Shown: one piece after another, positions 49,348-58,855 of the stretch
Layout of the letters: the number at the start of each line of letters is the position of its first letter
How positions within the stretch are numbered: position 1 is the stretch's first letter
Origin: Podarcis cretensis
Lineage: Eukaryota
Direction: 5' to 3'
NCBI GenBank assembly: GCA_951804945.1
Contig: OX638153.1
Span: 95,604,001 to 95,668,000 of the forward strand
DNA length: 64,000 nt
The notes under the pieces: generated by a model
Told to the model about the DNA's origin: nothing
Seen by the model: only the letters and a program-made list of their open reading frames with translations
Databases searched by the model: none
Position numbers and translations under genes: made by a program

Positions 49348-49777
49348 CTCTTCAGCTGAACCGTGCAGATCAGCAGAGAAGTGAGGGATGGTATTTTCTT
49401 CCCATCACAGCACTGGGCAAGGTGGAAGCTCTCCAATCTACCTAGTGCTTCAACAGAGAAGAAAATTGTCCTCTCTGCTCTTCAGATATTTATAGGACTT
49501 ATACCATATGCAACATCTTGACCAATGGGGAATCATGCATCCGAAGCAGCAGAGTCACCTACATTCCTGATAGATCTAGAACAGCATCTACCACCTGTGC
49601 AGTCATAACCTACCACCGTAGCTGCAAAAAGCTCTTACCATCTATAGGCTCTTCCTCCAAGTTGATGTAAGTAAGGTGGGCAGTGACTCCCAGGGAATAC
49701 CCATTGGCACAGGCTTTCACACAAGAGCTTTTTAGAGGGAGGGCTGTCCAGGCTGGCCGGCAGTACAAGCCTGGCAT
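18152..49777 (-). CDS. VWA5B2: von Willebrand factor A domain-containing 5B2 (VIT + vWA), 21 coding exons, ~1320 aa
   Basis: Exons listed below join in frame (3963 nt). N-terminus MPGLYC...ACANG, GVFIYPLEESEVVSSFEA; vWA FLIDQSTSMSG; RCFTFGLG; C-terminal SWATAVALAWLEHRCA...LLLRHWDENIKLNMLCYNPNNV; syntenic tail-to-tail with ALG3. Confidence 0.93.
19320..19431 (-). CDS. VWA5B2: VWA5B2 coding exon 20
   Basis: FSISRRRG...QDYLPL; donor GTAAGC. Confidence 0.85.
20334..20403 (-). CDS. VWA5B2: VWA5B2 coding exon 19
   Basis: GVDSSPSPVSVGSQKSMENFVGSR; donor GTGAGT. Confidence 0.78.
21597..21668 (-). CDS. VWA5B2: VWA5B2 coding exon 18
   Basis: 72-nt phase 1-1 exon with good polypyrimidine-AG and GTAAGT; REEIPFPVSVTSVNQEKQNCHD. 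Confidence 0.65.
22446..22701 (+). mobile_element. tRNA-derived SINE, Squam3-like
   Basis: A box TGGTGTAGTGG, B box GGTTCGAGTCT, (CTT)n tail; paralog at 28726-28960. Confidence 0.85.
23627..24150 (+). mobile_element. Probable solo LTR inserted in an L2 tail
   Basis: Interrupts L2 3' UTR-like sequence; AATAAA at 24028 followed by U5-like segment; termini degenerate. Confidence 0.45.
24435..24554 (-). CDS. VWA5B2: VWA5B2 coding exon 17
   Basis: GSYSGSRRQHSCSAGLGRRQDSED; phase 1-1; weak donor GTACTA. Confidence 0.7.
25243..25380 (-). CDS. VWA5B2: VWA5B2 coding exon 16
   Basis: GFSRRFRIKAVQSSKACNTPSIYTSVVPVDASTQEILP. Confidence 0.88.
25619..25966 (-). CDS. VWA5B2: VWA5B2 coding exon 15
   Basis: NLLSPAHLDWDTLLEPPYLF...SVIRDNE...EIEH; alternative in-frame acceptor at 26050. 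Confidence 0.82.
27386..27611 (-). CDS. VWA5B2: VWA5B2 coding exon 14
   Basis: VSAALSSEELVRRKKALARAALSGRSFSSPHGELD... Confidence 0.88.
28240..28405 (-). mobile_element. CR1 3' end
   Basis: AAGAACATAAGAAG...CCCATTGAGTCCAGCATCCTG. Confidence 0.7.
28726..28960 (+). mobile_element. tRNA-derived SINE, Squam3-like
   Basis: As 22446; TSD TATAAAG. Confidence 0.85.
29030..29325 (-). CDS. VWA5B2: VWA5B2 coding exon 13
   Basis: GDIWKRIYQPSYIKEQYVLTHCSVS...APK. Confidence 0.88.
29534..30885 (-). mobile_element. L2 LINE with internal deletion of the RT domain
   Basis: 369-codon ORF: APWF...ERRWR...LDPCPSWLIK fused to RLVTG...HITPVLKDLHWLPV; 41-bp tandem duplication 29741-29822; (TAA)n tail. Confidence 0.9.
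31374..31711 (+). mobile_element. Sauria SINE lacking its 3' tail
   Basis: Body homologous to other copies; TSD TAGTTTAGCT at 31364 and 31712. Confidence 0.88.
31995..32193 (-). CDS. VWA5B2: VWA5B2 coding exon 12
   Basis: GREPLCRS...EISREISLEFS...; AG/GTAAGT, phases fit. Confidence 0.75.
32598..32783 (-). CDS. VWA5B2: VWA5B2 coding exon 11
   Basis: LIKSLKKAIEPAVSDITIDWYVPD...; weak donor GTTGAG, 3' end less certain. Confidence 0.8.
33178..33671 (-). mobile_element. 5'-truncated L1 3' fragment
   Basis: YAVTAARVLLAQKWK...PTVEEW...EDWGKF; poly-T on + strand; TSD TTCAAGAGG at 33169 and 33672. Confidence 0.88.
34033..34147 (-). CDS. VWA5B2: VWA5B2 coding exon 10
   Basis: RCFTFGLGSGACRRLLRGLAKVSRGRAEFL...HPK. 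Confidence 0.9.
35442..35644 (-). CDS. VWA5B2: VWA5B2 coding exon 9
   Basis: ETLRLACEYIQKLRSDMGGANLLAAL...GYPRQLFIFTD. Confidence 0.9.
37876..37986 (-). CDS. VWA5B2: VWA5B2 coding exon 8
   Basis: DALLVAVKSLPPSTLLNVAGFGS...CNS. Confidence 0.9.
39562..39738 (-). CDS. VWA5B2: VWA5B2 coding exon 7
   Basis: VAFVQKRFHKDIFHNPVLMLNFCP...FLIDQSTSMSG...IK. Confidence 0.9.
40155..40276 (-). CDS. VWA5B2: VWA5B2 coding exon 6
   Basis: EPHHPHLIIEDGAISYQDYEAQIRSRRDY...ERQ. Confidence 0.9.
40917..41052. mobile_element. Palindromic hAT MITE (136 bp)
   Basis: Nearly fully self-complementary; 8-bp TSD TCCTATGC; related partial copies near 11230, 18970, 22721, 26425, 41514, 54250. Confidence 0.88.
41331..41462 (-). 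CDS. VWA5B2: VWA5B2 coding exon 5
   Basis: GLESPSHALRADA...HRCDRNLEIILYPC. Confidence 0.9.
42379..42625 (-). mobile_element. Solo LTR, 247 bp
   Basis: TGTTA...TAACA termini, 5-bp TSD GGAAT; on the - strand octamer, CCAAT, TATA, AATAAA in U3-R order. Confidence 0.88.
42836..43092. mobile_element. Non-autonomous DNA transposon-like element with terminal inverted repeats
   Basis: GGCTCACCCACACTT...AGGTGTGGATAAGCC; related copies near 26110-26335 and 53695-53942. Confidence 0.55.
43810..43888. repeat. (TATC)n microsatellite
   Basis: Directly visible. Confidence 0.95.
44170..44665 (-). mobile_element. RTE-clade LINE 5' region remnant
   Basis: - strand motif GGTAGCCCATCTAAGAGAAGGAAAACTCTGATTCTAAACC resembles the RTE 5' UTR motif as I recall it. 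Confidence 0.5.
45487..45641 (-). CDS. VWA5B2: VWA5B2 coding exon 4
   Basis: SASCFG...PYEFSFEMLVKGPCLLA. Confidence 0.85.
46163..46264. repeat. Perfect 102-bp palindrome (33-bp arms around (AT)18)
   Basis: CCACAAGCATATGGTGAAACTACTGTGTTTCCC-(AT)18-GGGAAACACAGTAGTTTCACCATATGCTTGTGG. Confidence 0.95.
46769..47128 (+). mobile_element. Sauria SINE
   Basis: Full length; TSD TACTGGGTGTTCT at 46756 and 47129. Confidence 0.92.
47981..48200 (-). CDS. VWA5B2: VWA5B2 coding exon 3
   Basis: GHLILDEDLARSTFII...GLCDD. Confidence 0.88.
49073..49234 (-). CDS. VWA5B2: VWA5B2 coding exon 2
   Basis: GVFIYPLEESEVVSSFEA...CCTN. Confidence 0.88.
49296..49345. repeat. Compound (CT)n(CA)n microsatellite
   Basis: Directly visible. 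Confidence 0.9.
49639..49777 (-). CDS. VWA5B2: VWA5B2 coding exon 1
   Basis: MPGLYCRPAWTALPLKSSCVKACANG...EPID; donor GTAAGA. Confidence 0.9.
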
Positions 49778-49999
49778 GATCTTCAGGTGAAACTAACAGG
49801 CCCCACCGACTGCAGCTATGAAAATAAGAAAAGACAAGGACATGCCAGTAGAGAAGGCCCTGCACTGGCTCTGCGTCAAAAGCCTCCAGAGATGAAGTTC
49901 TCCAGGATCCTACCCATCCATCAGAACCCAGGGAAATACCACTGTCTCCTGGCACTGAGGTTCTCTTGTGGATCAAGAATTGGTTAAGTAAAAGGAAGC

Positions 50000-50375
50000 A
50001 GAGAGTATAAATGAATGGACAATTCTATGGAGAGATGTAGAAAGTGGAGTCCCCCAAGGACTGGTATTGAGACCTGTATTTTTTCACTTGTTCATAAATG
50101 CTCTTAAGTTAGGAGTGAGCAGTCAGGTGGCCAAGGTTGTTAATTAATTAAAATTGCTCATGGTCATTAAAATAAAAGGTGATTGTGAAGAGCTCCAAAA
50201 GGGCCTCTCCAAACTGAGAGTGGGCAGGAAAATGCCAAATGCAATTCAGTGTAAACAGGTGTAAACTGATGCATATAGGGGCAAAAAAAAAAATCTTATT
50301 TTCATTCATGGGGTTTGAACTGGTGGTGACTGACTAGGAATGAGACCTTGGGGTTATAGCGGATAGTCCGATGAT
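50000..50375 (+). mobile_element. Degenerate CR1 RT fragment
   Basis: SGVPQG-like GTGGAGTCCCCCAAGGA...TTCATAAATG; WQMQFSVNRCK-like remnant. Confidence 0.7.
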
Positions 50376-51887
50376 AATGCTGCCCTAGGGCTCATTCAGA
50401 CTTCCTTTGTGCCATGTTTCTGGCACAGGTCCATGCTTTAAAGCTGGGTGTCCAATATATATAATATAAGTCATTGCATAAATCTATGCTCATAAACAGT
50501 TGCAAGGAAAACATGGGCAAAGATTATACACCTATGATCAGAACTAGGCAGTAAACACCACACATTTAAAGTACATGACCTCCACCAAAGTATCCTTGGA
50601 ACTGAAGTTCACCACACACGGACATGCAATTCCTGGCAATCTTAAGAAACTACTGTTTCCAGGAGTCTTTCGGAGGACTCATGTGCTTTAAATGTATGGT
50701 GTGTACACAGCCTTTAAAAGCTGCCCATTGCTTGGAGTTTTCCACTTTCCCCTACTTCATGATCTCCCATCTCTCAAATTTATTGTTGTTAATAATTAAT
50801 GCCCTGGCAAATATTGCAAGTATCTTTTAACATCCCAGCTACTCTCTACTCTTTTCCCTTCCACATGTGTGAATTGGTCACCCAGGTAACCTCCGTGGGT
50901 GGCTTATGGGATGGGGCGAACAGATGCTGCCTTCTCTCATTGGTCCGTTGGAAAGTCTGGGCCCCACTGAGGGCTCAAGCAAACTGGAAGATGATCCGTA
51001 TTCTGAAAATAAACCTTTGTTTCCAGGTGACCTTGTAGATGCAGCACTGGCTACACTGGAGAGGTTCTGGCCAGCTGCTGCTCATGAAAAAGATGGCATG
51101 GAAAAACAAACAGAGGTGCTATGCAAAGCAGCTAATCAACCCTGAACATGTATCGATTCAGTGCTTGCATTTCTCTTTGCAATGTAAGCAGTGACCTGTT
51201 GAAACAGATGGGGGTGGAAGGGAGTTGCTGGTTTCTTAAAGCTGCTGTTATGGTTAGAGTGGTTAGCTGCTGTGCTCTCCAGAACAGCAACAATCAAAAC
51301 AGTAATAAGACAGGAGATGGATGACAGGGTGCGTATTTCCCCAAACCCTGAGAACTGCCACTGACCACTAGGTTTTGGCTGAACCTACCCATACTCAGAG
51401 CTCACCACCAGCTACATCAAACCATATGAATCCGCAGGAAGCCATGGAATATGGATCTTGACTCAAAGCCTCTCCTTGCCTACTCAAGACCCTATGGTTT
51501 CATGCACAATGCATGTGTTACTTCTGTCTGCCATGACACTGATTGGCTGCAGCTTCATGTTTACCAATGACTTATCACTGCCTGCTTTTTTCTTCTTTTA
51601 AATCATCAGTAACCTTTATATTTATCTTACCAAAGTAAACAAGACCCATCTGGTCTTTATGTTTTATGCAGGTAGCTGTGAGGCAGTCTGTAATGAATAA
51701 ACACAGATCCACAGGTTAGCACCCTGTGATTCCGCCCCCCCCCCCATCCTTTCTTAGTTTCTGGGAATGCAGCAGCCTACAATCTTATTAATATTATAAG
51801 AACAAACAACCCTGGATTTCTGCTACTTTCTCCCTAGCAAAAGATCCTCTTCCCACTGTATCCAGGGGCAGTGGCGGTGTGTGTTCA

Positions 51888-52655
51888 TAATAATAATAAT
51901 AATAATATTTTTTATTTATACCCCGCCCTCCCCAGCCAAGGCCGGGCTCAGAGCGGCTTACAAACAATAATAAAAACAAGAAGAATGATTACAACTTAAA
52001 AACAAAAATAAAATACAACATTAAAATAATGGAACATTAAAATATTAAAATGTAGCCTCATCGCAGGAGGAGAAGGAAAAGAAAGAAAAAGAGAGAGAGA
52101 GAGAGAGAGGGAGAGAGAGGGAGGGAATCAAATTGGCTCCAAGCCAAAGGCCAGGCGGAACAACTCTGTCTTACAGGCCCTGCGGAAAGAAATCAGATCC
52201 TGCAGGGCCCTGGTCTCATGAGGCAGAGCGTTCCACCAGGCCGGAGCCAGAGTTGAAAAGGCCCTGGCTCTGGTTGAAGCCAATCTGACTTCCTTAGGGC
52301 CCGGGACCACTAAGGTGTTGCTATTTATGGACCTTGAGGCTCTCCGTGGGGCATACCGGGAGAGGCGGTCCCGTAGGTATGAGGGTCCTAGGCCGTGAAG
52401 GGCTTTAAAGGTCAAAAGCAGCACCTTAAATCTGACCCTGTACTCCACTGGGAGCCAGTGCAGCTTGAAAAGCACTGGGTGAATATGCTCCCATGGCAGA
52501 GACCCCGTGAGGAGCCTCGCTGCAGCATTCTGTACCCGCTGGAGTTTCTGGGACAGCTTCAAGGGCAGCCCCGCATAGAGCGAATTACAGTAGTCAAGCC
52601 TGGAGATGACCGTCGCATGGATCACTGTGGCCAAGTCGGGGCGGGAAAGGTAATC
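51888..52655 (-). mobile_element. L2 LINE 3' fragment (open C-terminal ORF)
   Basis: DLATVIHATVISRLDYCNSLYAGLP...LQRVQNAAARLLTG...HWLPV...WNALP. Confidence 0.92.
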
Positions 52656-52656
52656 A

Positions 52657-52701
<45 letters not shown>

Positions 52702-52779
52702 ATGTGAACAGGGTGGAAAATAAGTGTCCCATTCTTAAAAACCGACACCTTCTCCAATTGTGTGTACAGTGTCTCTCAA

Positions 52780-53467
52780 AACAACAACAAACCAACCTAT
52801 AGTCATGTAAAGCATACTCAATAAATACATGAGACGTAACTGGCTGTGTTCTTAGATAAATAAGGTATACTATTCATGTATCAAATCATAAATTTCAACA
52901 GAAGTAACTCATAAAGTTCAACAGACAAACGAACAAAGCAGAAGACCCAGTGGATCAGATCATTCTCTGATCAGGTCATGCATAAGGTCCATGCGTGTAA
53001 GTGTCTATTCCACCTGTCTGTTCATAAGGTCCAAACAATCCACATGAAGGGTTGTTGCAGTTCCACAGAATCCTTTCACAGTAGTAGCAGCTACTACTAT
53101 GCCAGAAGATCCACTGTCCTGTAATATCACATATGAGCTTTAACTACTGATGAAGCCCAGGACGGTGAAACAAGGCCAATATTCCAGAAATCCTTGTCTT
53201 AGACTCCGTGAAAGGATTCTGTGGAACTGCAACAACCTTTCACGTGGATTGTTTGGACCTTATGAACAGACAGGTGGAATAGACACTATTACACGGGTGG
53301 ACCTTATGCATGAACTGATTAGAGAATGATCTGATCTACTGGGTCTGCTTTGTTTGTCTGTTGAACTTTATGAGTTACTTCCGTTGAAATTTATTATTTG
53401 ATACATGAATAGTATACCTTATTTATCTAAGAACACAGCCGGTTACGTCTCGTGTGTTTATTGGTTA
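52780..53467 (+). mobile_element. Penelope-like / retrozyme-like non-autonomous insertion with long inverted arms
   Basis: 15-bp TSD TACAGTGTCTCTCAA (52765, 53468); inverted arms 52819-53081 and 53206-53463; hammerhead core in the loop. Confidence 0.8.
53127..53211 (+). ncRNA. Type I hammerhead ribozyme motif
   Basis: CTGATGA (53147-53153), A, stem II GCC-caggac-GGT, GAAA (53167-53170), stem III ACAAGG/CCTTGT, GTC cleavage triplet (after 53198); interrupted stem I. Confidence 0.75.
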
Positions 53468-56330
53468 TACAGTGTCTCTCAAGCATTTCAGGCAGGGCAC
53501 AATTCCCAACACTGCCTGAAGATCCTTGGAATTGAATCCAGGAGCTTCTGCATGCAAAGCAGATAGTCCACCACAGAGCTACACCCCTTCCCAGAAGAAG
53601 ACTGCAGAAGAACTAGGAAGCGGGCTCTCTCAGAGTTTGCCACAACAGAATAGCATGGCTGTAGCAATATAAAGAGTTGCTGCAACCAAACTAAGGGCTT
53701 TTCTACACTTAGCTCCCTCTGCTCTATCTAGGTTCGGTCCGCACTTTAAAGCTCCATGTCAGAGTGCCCCCCTTTTTTTGCTCTGGAGCTATTCCTGTGA
53801 AAACCTGTTCTCTGAAGTTCAATTGGAGCAAATGGTAATATGCGGAAAACCCAAATTATTGTTTACACTGATTCAGCATTAAAGAGCAGTTTTTTGTAGG
53901 GAAAGATCCAGAGTAGAGCAAAAGGTAAGAGTGGATAAGCCCGATGTTGGGAACATAATCGCCTGTACAGTTGTCTTTAAAATCTTTGGTCTTTTTAATG
54001 ACTCTTTTTTGTCTGGGTGCAGTAGCTAAAAGATATCCATAGCAAGGGTTTTTGACAGTAAATCAGTTATTTAAACAATAGGTCCCCCTCATTTTTGAGA
54101 TATTCTGTAGAGGCTTTACACCAGGTATCTTCACTCAAAAAGATCTAGCAGTGCCCAGAACAGGACTTTGTTGTAGTTGCCCCACAGCCTGCTGTACACA
54201 GACATGACTGTTTAGTGGAGCCTTATGTTAGAGTGACATTGGCTCTTTCAACTCCCATCAGCCCCAGCTAACATGGCCAATGATCAAAGATGACTTTTGG
54301 GCTGGGGTATTGTTTAGGGAGTTTTGTTGAGGAGGAGTTGTTGCTGTTATTGATATTAGTTTGTTGTATCTTTATTTTATGCTTTATGTGGAAATTGTTC
54401 AATTTGGTTGTATACGTTTTGATGTTCTACTTATTGTTTATGACTGTCTTTATTATGGTTGTAATTAATTTTCATGCTGTAAGCCACCTTGAGCTTTTAA
54501 CTTTGGAAAGGAGGCCTACAAATAAAATGACTGATTGATGATGGGACTTGTAGTCCAGCAAATGCCACAGGTTCTCCATCCCTGCTCCAAGGAGTTGATC
54601 ACAGCATGCATAGTATACCAGGCAGTTTCCCATCTACTGCTAACCAGATCTACTTCTACATAGCTTCAGAAGCAGAAGCAGAAGCCTAACATATAGAATC
54701 ATGGAGCTGGAAGGGACCATGACATGTTCAGACCATATTCTTTGCTGCAAATGTTTAAACTTTCATAAACCACCACCTACCCAAGACAAGGCAAAGGCAG
54801 AAGCATGGACAGCAGAGGTTAGTACCTGCAGGCAAACCTGGAGAAGTTGTGAAAAGCTCAGAGATGTGACACACATTCTCACCCAACTTCCTGGTAGCTG
54901 AAAGCTGGAGCAGAGTCAGAAATAATGAGCCAACAGAGCAAACTGAATGGAGTTTTATTTTCAGGACTGGAATATAAGGACATTATTCTAAATAGGATTA
55001 TCTGAGATACTTCACTAGCTGTCCGTAGACTGCCCTTATTACACTAAGCTACCCCCCTCTCAGGTCACACCCCCTCCCACAACTTTTGAGGTTATGCCAA
55101 CTGAATTATTACACGCACTCTTGAGATCCTCTCTCTGGTCCAGGACAAGAGGTCTAAAATGGGAAAACAGACTACTGGTGCCAATGACATATTTAATTAT
55201 AATAGGTATTAAGATGGAGCCTCCTGCTGGGGTTCACTGCCTAGTCTTAGTCTTGCCATGCAGACAAGAAATTTAAATTTTGATCTAGAACCCACAAACC
55301 TAATGAAATGCCCAAACTCACTCTAGGCTGTGATGCTATGAGAATGCTGGTTTATATCTTGTAAACTGTTGTTCTGTGACAAATTTTTCATTGATTGAAA
55401 TGTTTTTACTGTATGCTACTATTTTGGTCAATTGTATTTTATACTTTTACTGTTTTGTTTTTATGGCAAACCATCTAGAGCAGGCTTCTTTGTCTTGAAA
55501 GGAAATATATTAAATAAAATAGACAAAAGTTCAACTTGAGAATGAAATAAAGGAGAGACTCCTTTCACTCACCTTCTTGGAGCAATTTGATAGACGCTCA
55601 CTTGGGAGTTCCCTCTACTAAGACTACAATGTATTTGATCACATGAAAAATTCAGCCTAATATATCAGTTGTCCCCAAAACTGGGAAAACCCCTATAGTC
55701 AAGTGAAACCTCCAATCCAATAGCTTGTGCGGTGTGTGAGACCTCCAGCACTCCTTACCCCTGTTTCTTTTCAAAAACGGTGGAGCAAAATTAGAACTAA
55801 ACCAGTCCTGTTTGCCCCAGGTGAATACTTTTAACAACAGAGGGTTGGGAACATTTGCTAATATACCATGATGAGTTACAGTAAATAATTAATATGATAC
55901 ATGTTCAATACATAAGTGCAGGTCTCTTAGTGATGCAGCAAGAGCAGGAGCAGCTGCCAAGACAGCTGAAAGGTTTGGTGTGCCATGTTCTGTTTGCTCC
56001 CTTTCCCATTCACAAAATATGGGTCACATACCTGCAATATGGGTTTCTCGGTCATAAAGACAAATTAGCAAGATCCGCTTTGTAACAAAGCAAAAGATTT
56101 TGTCCATTTGTTCATTTAAAAAAAAATATGGGAAACAGTAGCAAGCTAAAGTTATTCCTTGCTCAGGGATTGGCCAGAGACATCTTACACTCAAGGGGTG
56201 CCTGCCCCCCCCCCCAAAGCCAGGGTCCCATACAGTCGCTGCCTCCTGTGCTACTTGGCCTCACCCAATCTCCCACTCTTTTGTTGCCCTACAAAGTTAC
56301 CCAACACACAACTGAGCATTAAGGGCTTAC

Positions 56331-56600
56331 CTGGAGAATGACACACCGTCTGCTGTTTTAACCAGCTTGGTTTGGGATGAATTAATATGGATGAAAAATC
56401 AGCACATTTCTGGATGGGATCCTGGCATCCAGAGTTACCAGAAGCCTAGTTTCTCCAGCCTCTCAGCCTCTGTCTTCTCCCTTTCGAGAGGGAAACTGTC
56501 AGATTCCCTGTGCGATTGCTCACTCACACATACACACACCCTCTCTGCTGCAGACTCTCTCTAGTACTGGCTGCCTCAATGCCGTAGTGGCTACATCTCT
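56331..56600 (-). other. Candidate non-coding first exon / promoter region of VWA5B2
   Basis: Strong donor CAG|GTAAGC at 56330 on the - strand in non-repetitive sequence 6.5 kb upstream of the ATG; 5' limit unknown. Confidence 0.3.
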
Positions 56601-56843
56601 ACTTCCTCAGTGCCAGCCAGATGCAAGGAAACGGAGCAGCTCCAAGCCTGGCCTAATTAAAGGGCCAGGCTGTCTGCACTGCTCTGACAGCACTGAGGAG
56701 AGAAAACAGCCAGTTCTGTAAGCATTGTCTTTGCCTTGTTCTCTGGATTATAAAGTCTGCCTGTCAGAGGTAATGAACAGATAGGAAAGAGGGGCAACTT
56801 TATTAGAGAAAAGACACTAGGTATAGTCTATATTCATCTATAT

Positions 56844-57086
56844 CAGGGGTCAGCAACCTTTTTCAGCTGTGGGCTGGTCCACCATCCCTCAGACCATGGG
56901 CTGGACTATATTTGGGGGAAGGGATGAACAAATTCCTATGCCCCTCAAATAACCCAGAGATGCATTTTAAATAAAAAGACGCATTCTACTGATGTAAAAA
57001 CACGCTGATTCCCGGACCATCCTCGGGCCAGATTGAGAAGGCGATTGGGCTGTATCCGGCCCCCGGGCCTTAGGTTGCCTATTCTA
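56844..57086. mobile_element. hAT MITE
   Basis: CAGGGGTCAGCAACC...GGTTGCCTATTCTA; same family as 4527-4851. Confidence 0.75.
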
Positions 57087-57626
57087 CTATATCTGTATCT
57101 CATTTTGGACAAAGTAACTCCATCTCTTGCACCAAAGAAACACAAATCCTGCTATGGGATACATTGTTTACCATTACTAGAAGAATAGGATTTTAACAGA
57201 ATGTTTTCACAAGGATTGGAGTAGTGGAAGACAGAGGAGGTGGCATCTGCTGTGGCACACTGGGATAACGACTTGTTTCAGTGCCTTCAACACACACTTT
57301 CAGACGTTTGTCCATAACCATGAGGCCTAGAAATGTCATGAAAAGTTTCAAGAAGCTATAATTCCCAAGCAAGCCCACAGATTCTATACTGAGTGTAGCA
57401 CACAAGCAATTCTGGGGTGCACCCTGGATGTCCCCAGTTATAATAGAGAATACTAGGTTAGATGGACAGAAAAGCTGGCCTGGGTCATTAGAGACCCACT
57501 GTGGAGAGATCTTTTACATCACCTCAAACAATGTTTTTCAGTGGAAACAGTTTACACACTCAGGGCCAAACCAGACATGATGGGTTATCATTAACACACA
57601 CCCCTATACCCTTATAAAAGCAGAAG

Positions 57627-58855
57627 GCATATTTGTTGGCATTCATCTGTCTCTGCAGACAATGGAAGAGTGTGCCTTCGGGGATAAAGTCAAACTGTTG
57701 GAGACTTACAGCACCTGCTGTGGCAGTATAGACCAATACAGCAGAGACATATTTTATTGCAGGTGGGGCAGATGAAGGGGTCCAATTTTCCTGCTACAGG
57801 TGCACCATGGCATTTCTTCTCTGTGTTCCTCCTGGCAGTCATGCCTCCTATGGTCCCTGCTGAGGATACACAAGCTGTCTGTCTGTCCCCAGGAACTGTG
57901 ATTGTTTGCCAGGGATTCCCATATGGCGGGGTTAATGTTGCCAGCCTTCATGTCATGCTTGCAGACATATTTGTAACACAGAGTTGGTCTGCCAACAGGT
58001 CTTATCCTGAATGCCACTCCCAACATTCGGAGGGGGGGGGTTGCGGGCTCACGCCCCATTCACACCCTCGCGGGGCTGGCTGCAGCCCCGCGGGACCTAG
58101 GGAATCCCGGGATTATTAGTATTCATTATTCACCGCAGCAGCCAATCGGCTGGCGGCGGGGGTGGAACTTGTAAGGGGCATTTAAGGTCGGGGCAGCCCA
58201 TGCTCGCCCCTTTTTTTTCCTTTTAGCAGCTGCGGTTTCCCACCCTCCCGCCCTGTAGGTTCTCATCTGGACTTTGCTATGGGCTTCAGCTGGTTGCCGC
58301 AAGGGGCCTGGTAGGAATTTTTCCATTTGGCTAATTGGCTATATTTTGCAAGCCACTTGGTTTTTTCGCCTACGCTGTAGCAAAACGTCACAACACCTTG
58401 GTTTTGGTGGTTAGGCATTGGCAGGGGTATTATTATGCAAATGAGATGGGGGGAGGAACGCCATCACCTCCCCCAAATGTTGAAGGGTAGTTCGTTAAAG
58501 GACTCCGGGGGGCGTCACCTCGTCCGAAACCTATGGAGGCTAGGGCCTAAAGCGTGCTCCCGTGCGGTAACCCCTTGGGGAGCGCCTAGGGATGTGCATC
58601 TCGGGGGCTCCCCCTGTTGGTGCTTAACCCTTCCCAGTTATACCGGTTAGTCTGATAGGGCCAATGCCTAAAGCCAATACCGCTCTTACCTGTAATCAAT
58701 AAAGTTGTGGTCATTTTTCGCCCATTAACCTAAATTCTGGTGTCCTGTGTCTTTATTTATTCCATTCTGTGGGAGGGGGCGGGAATAGCCACACAAGCCA
58801 GTACCTGCTGAGCAGGTCTTGGGGGATCCTACCATCTTCTGTTCTGTGTACATGA
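57627..58855 (-). mobile_element. RTE-clade LINE 3' fragment split by a 785-bp insertion
   Basis: RPVGRPTLCYKYVCKHDMKAGNINPAIWESLA; resumes after 58796 with EDGRIP-like coding. Confidence 0.7.
58012..58795 (+). mobile_element. GC/CpG-rich LTR-like or DIRS/Ngaro-like terminal repeat
   Basis: Sharp insertion in an RTE; TG...CA ends, CCAAT near 58142, AATAAAGTTGTGG at 58698; no clear TSD. Confidence 0.55.
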
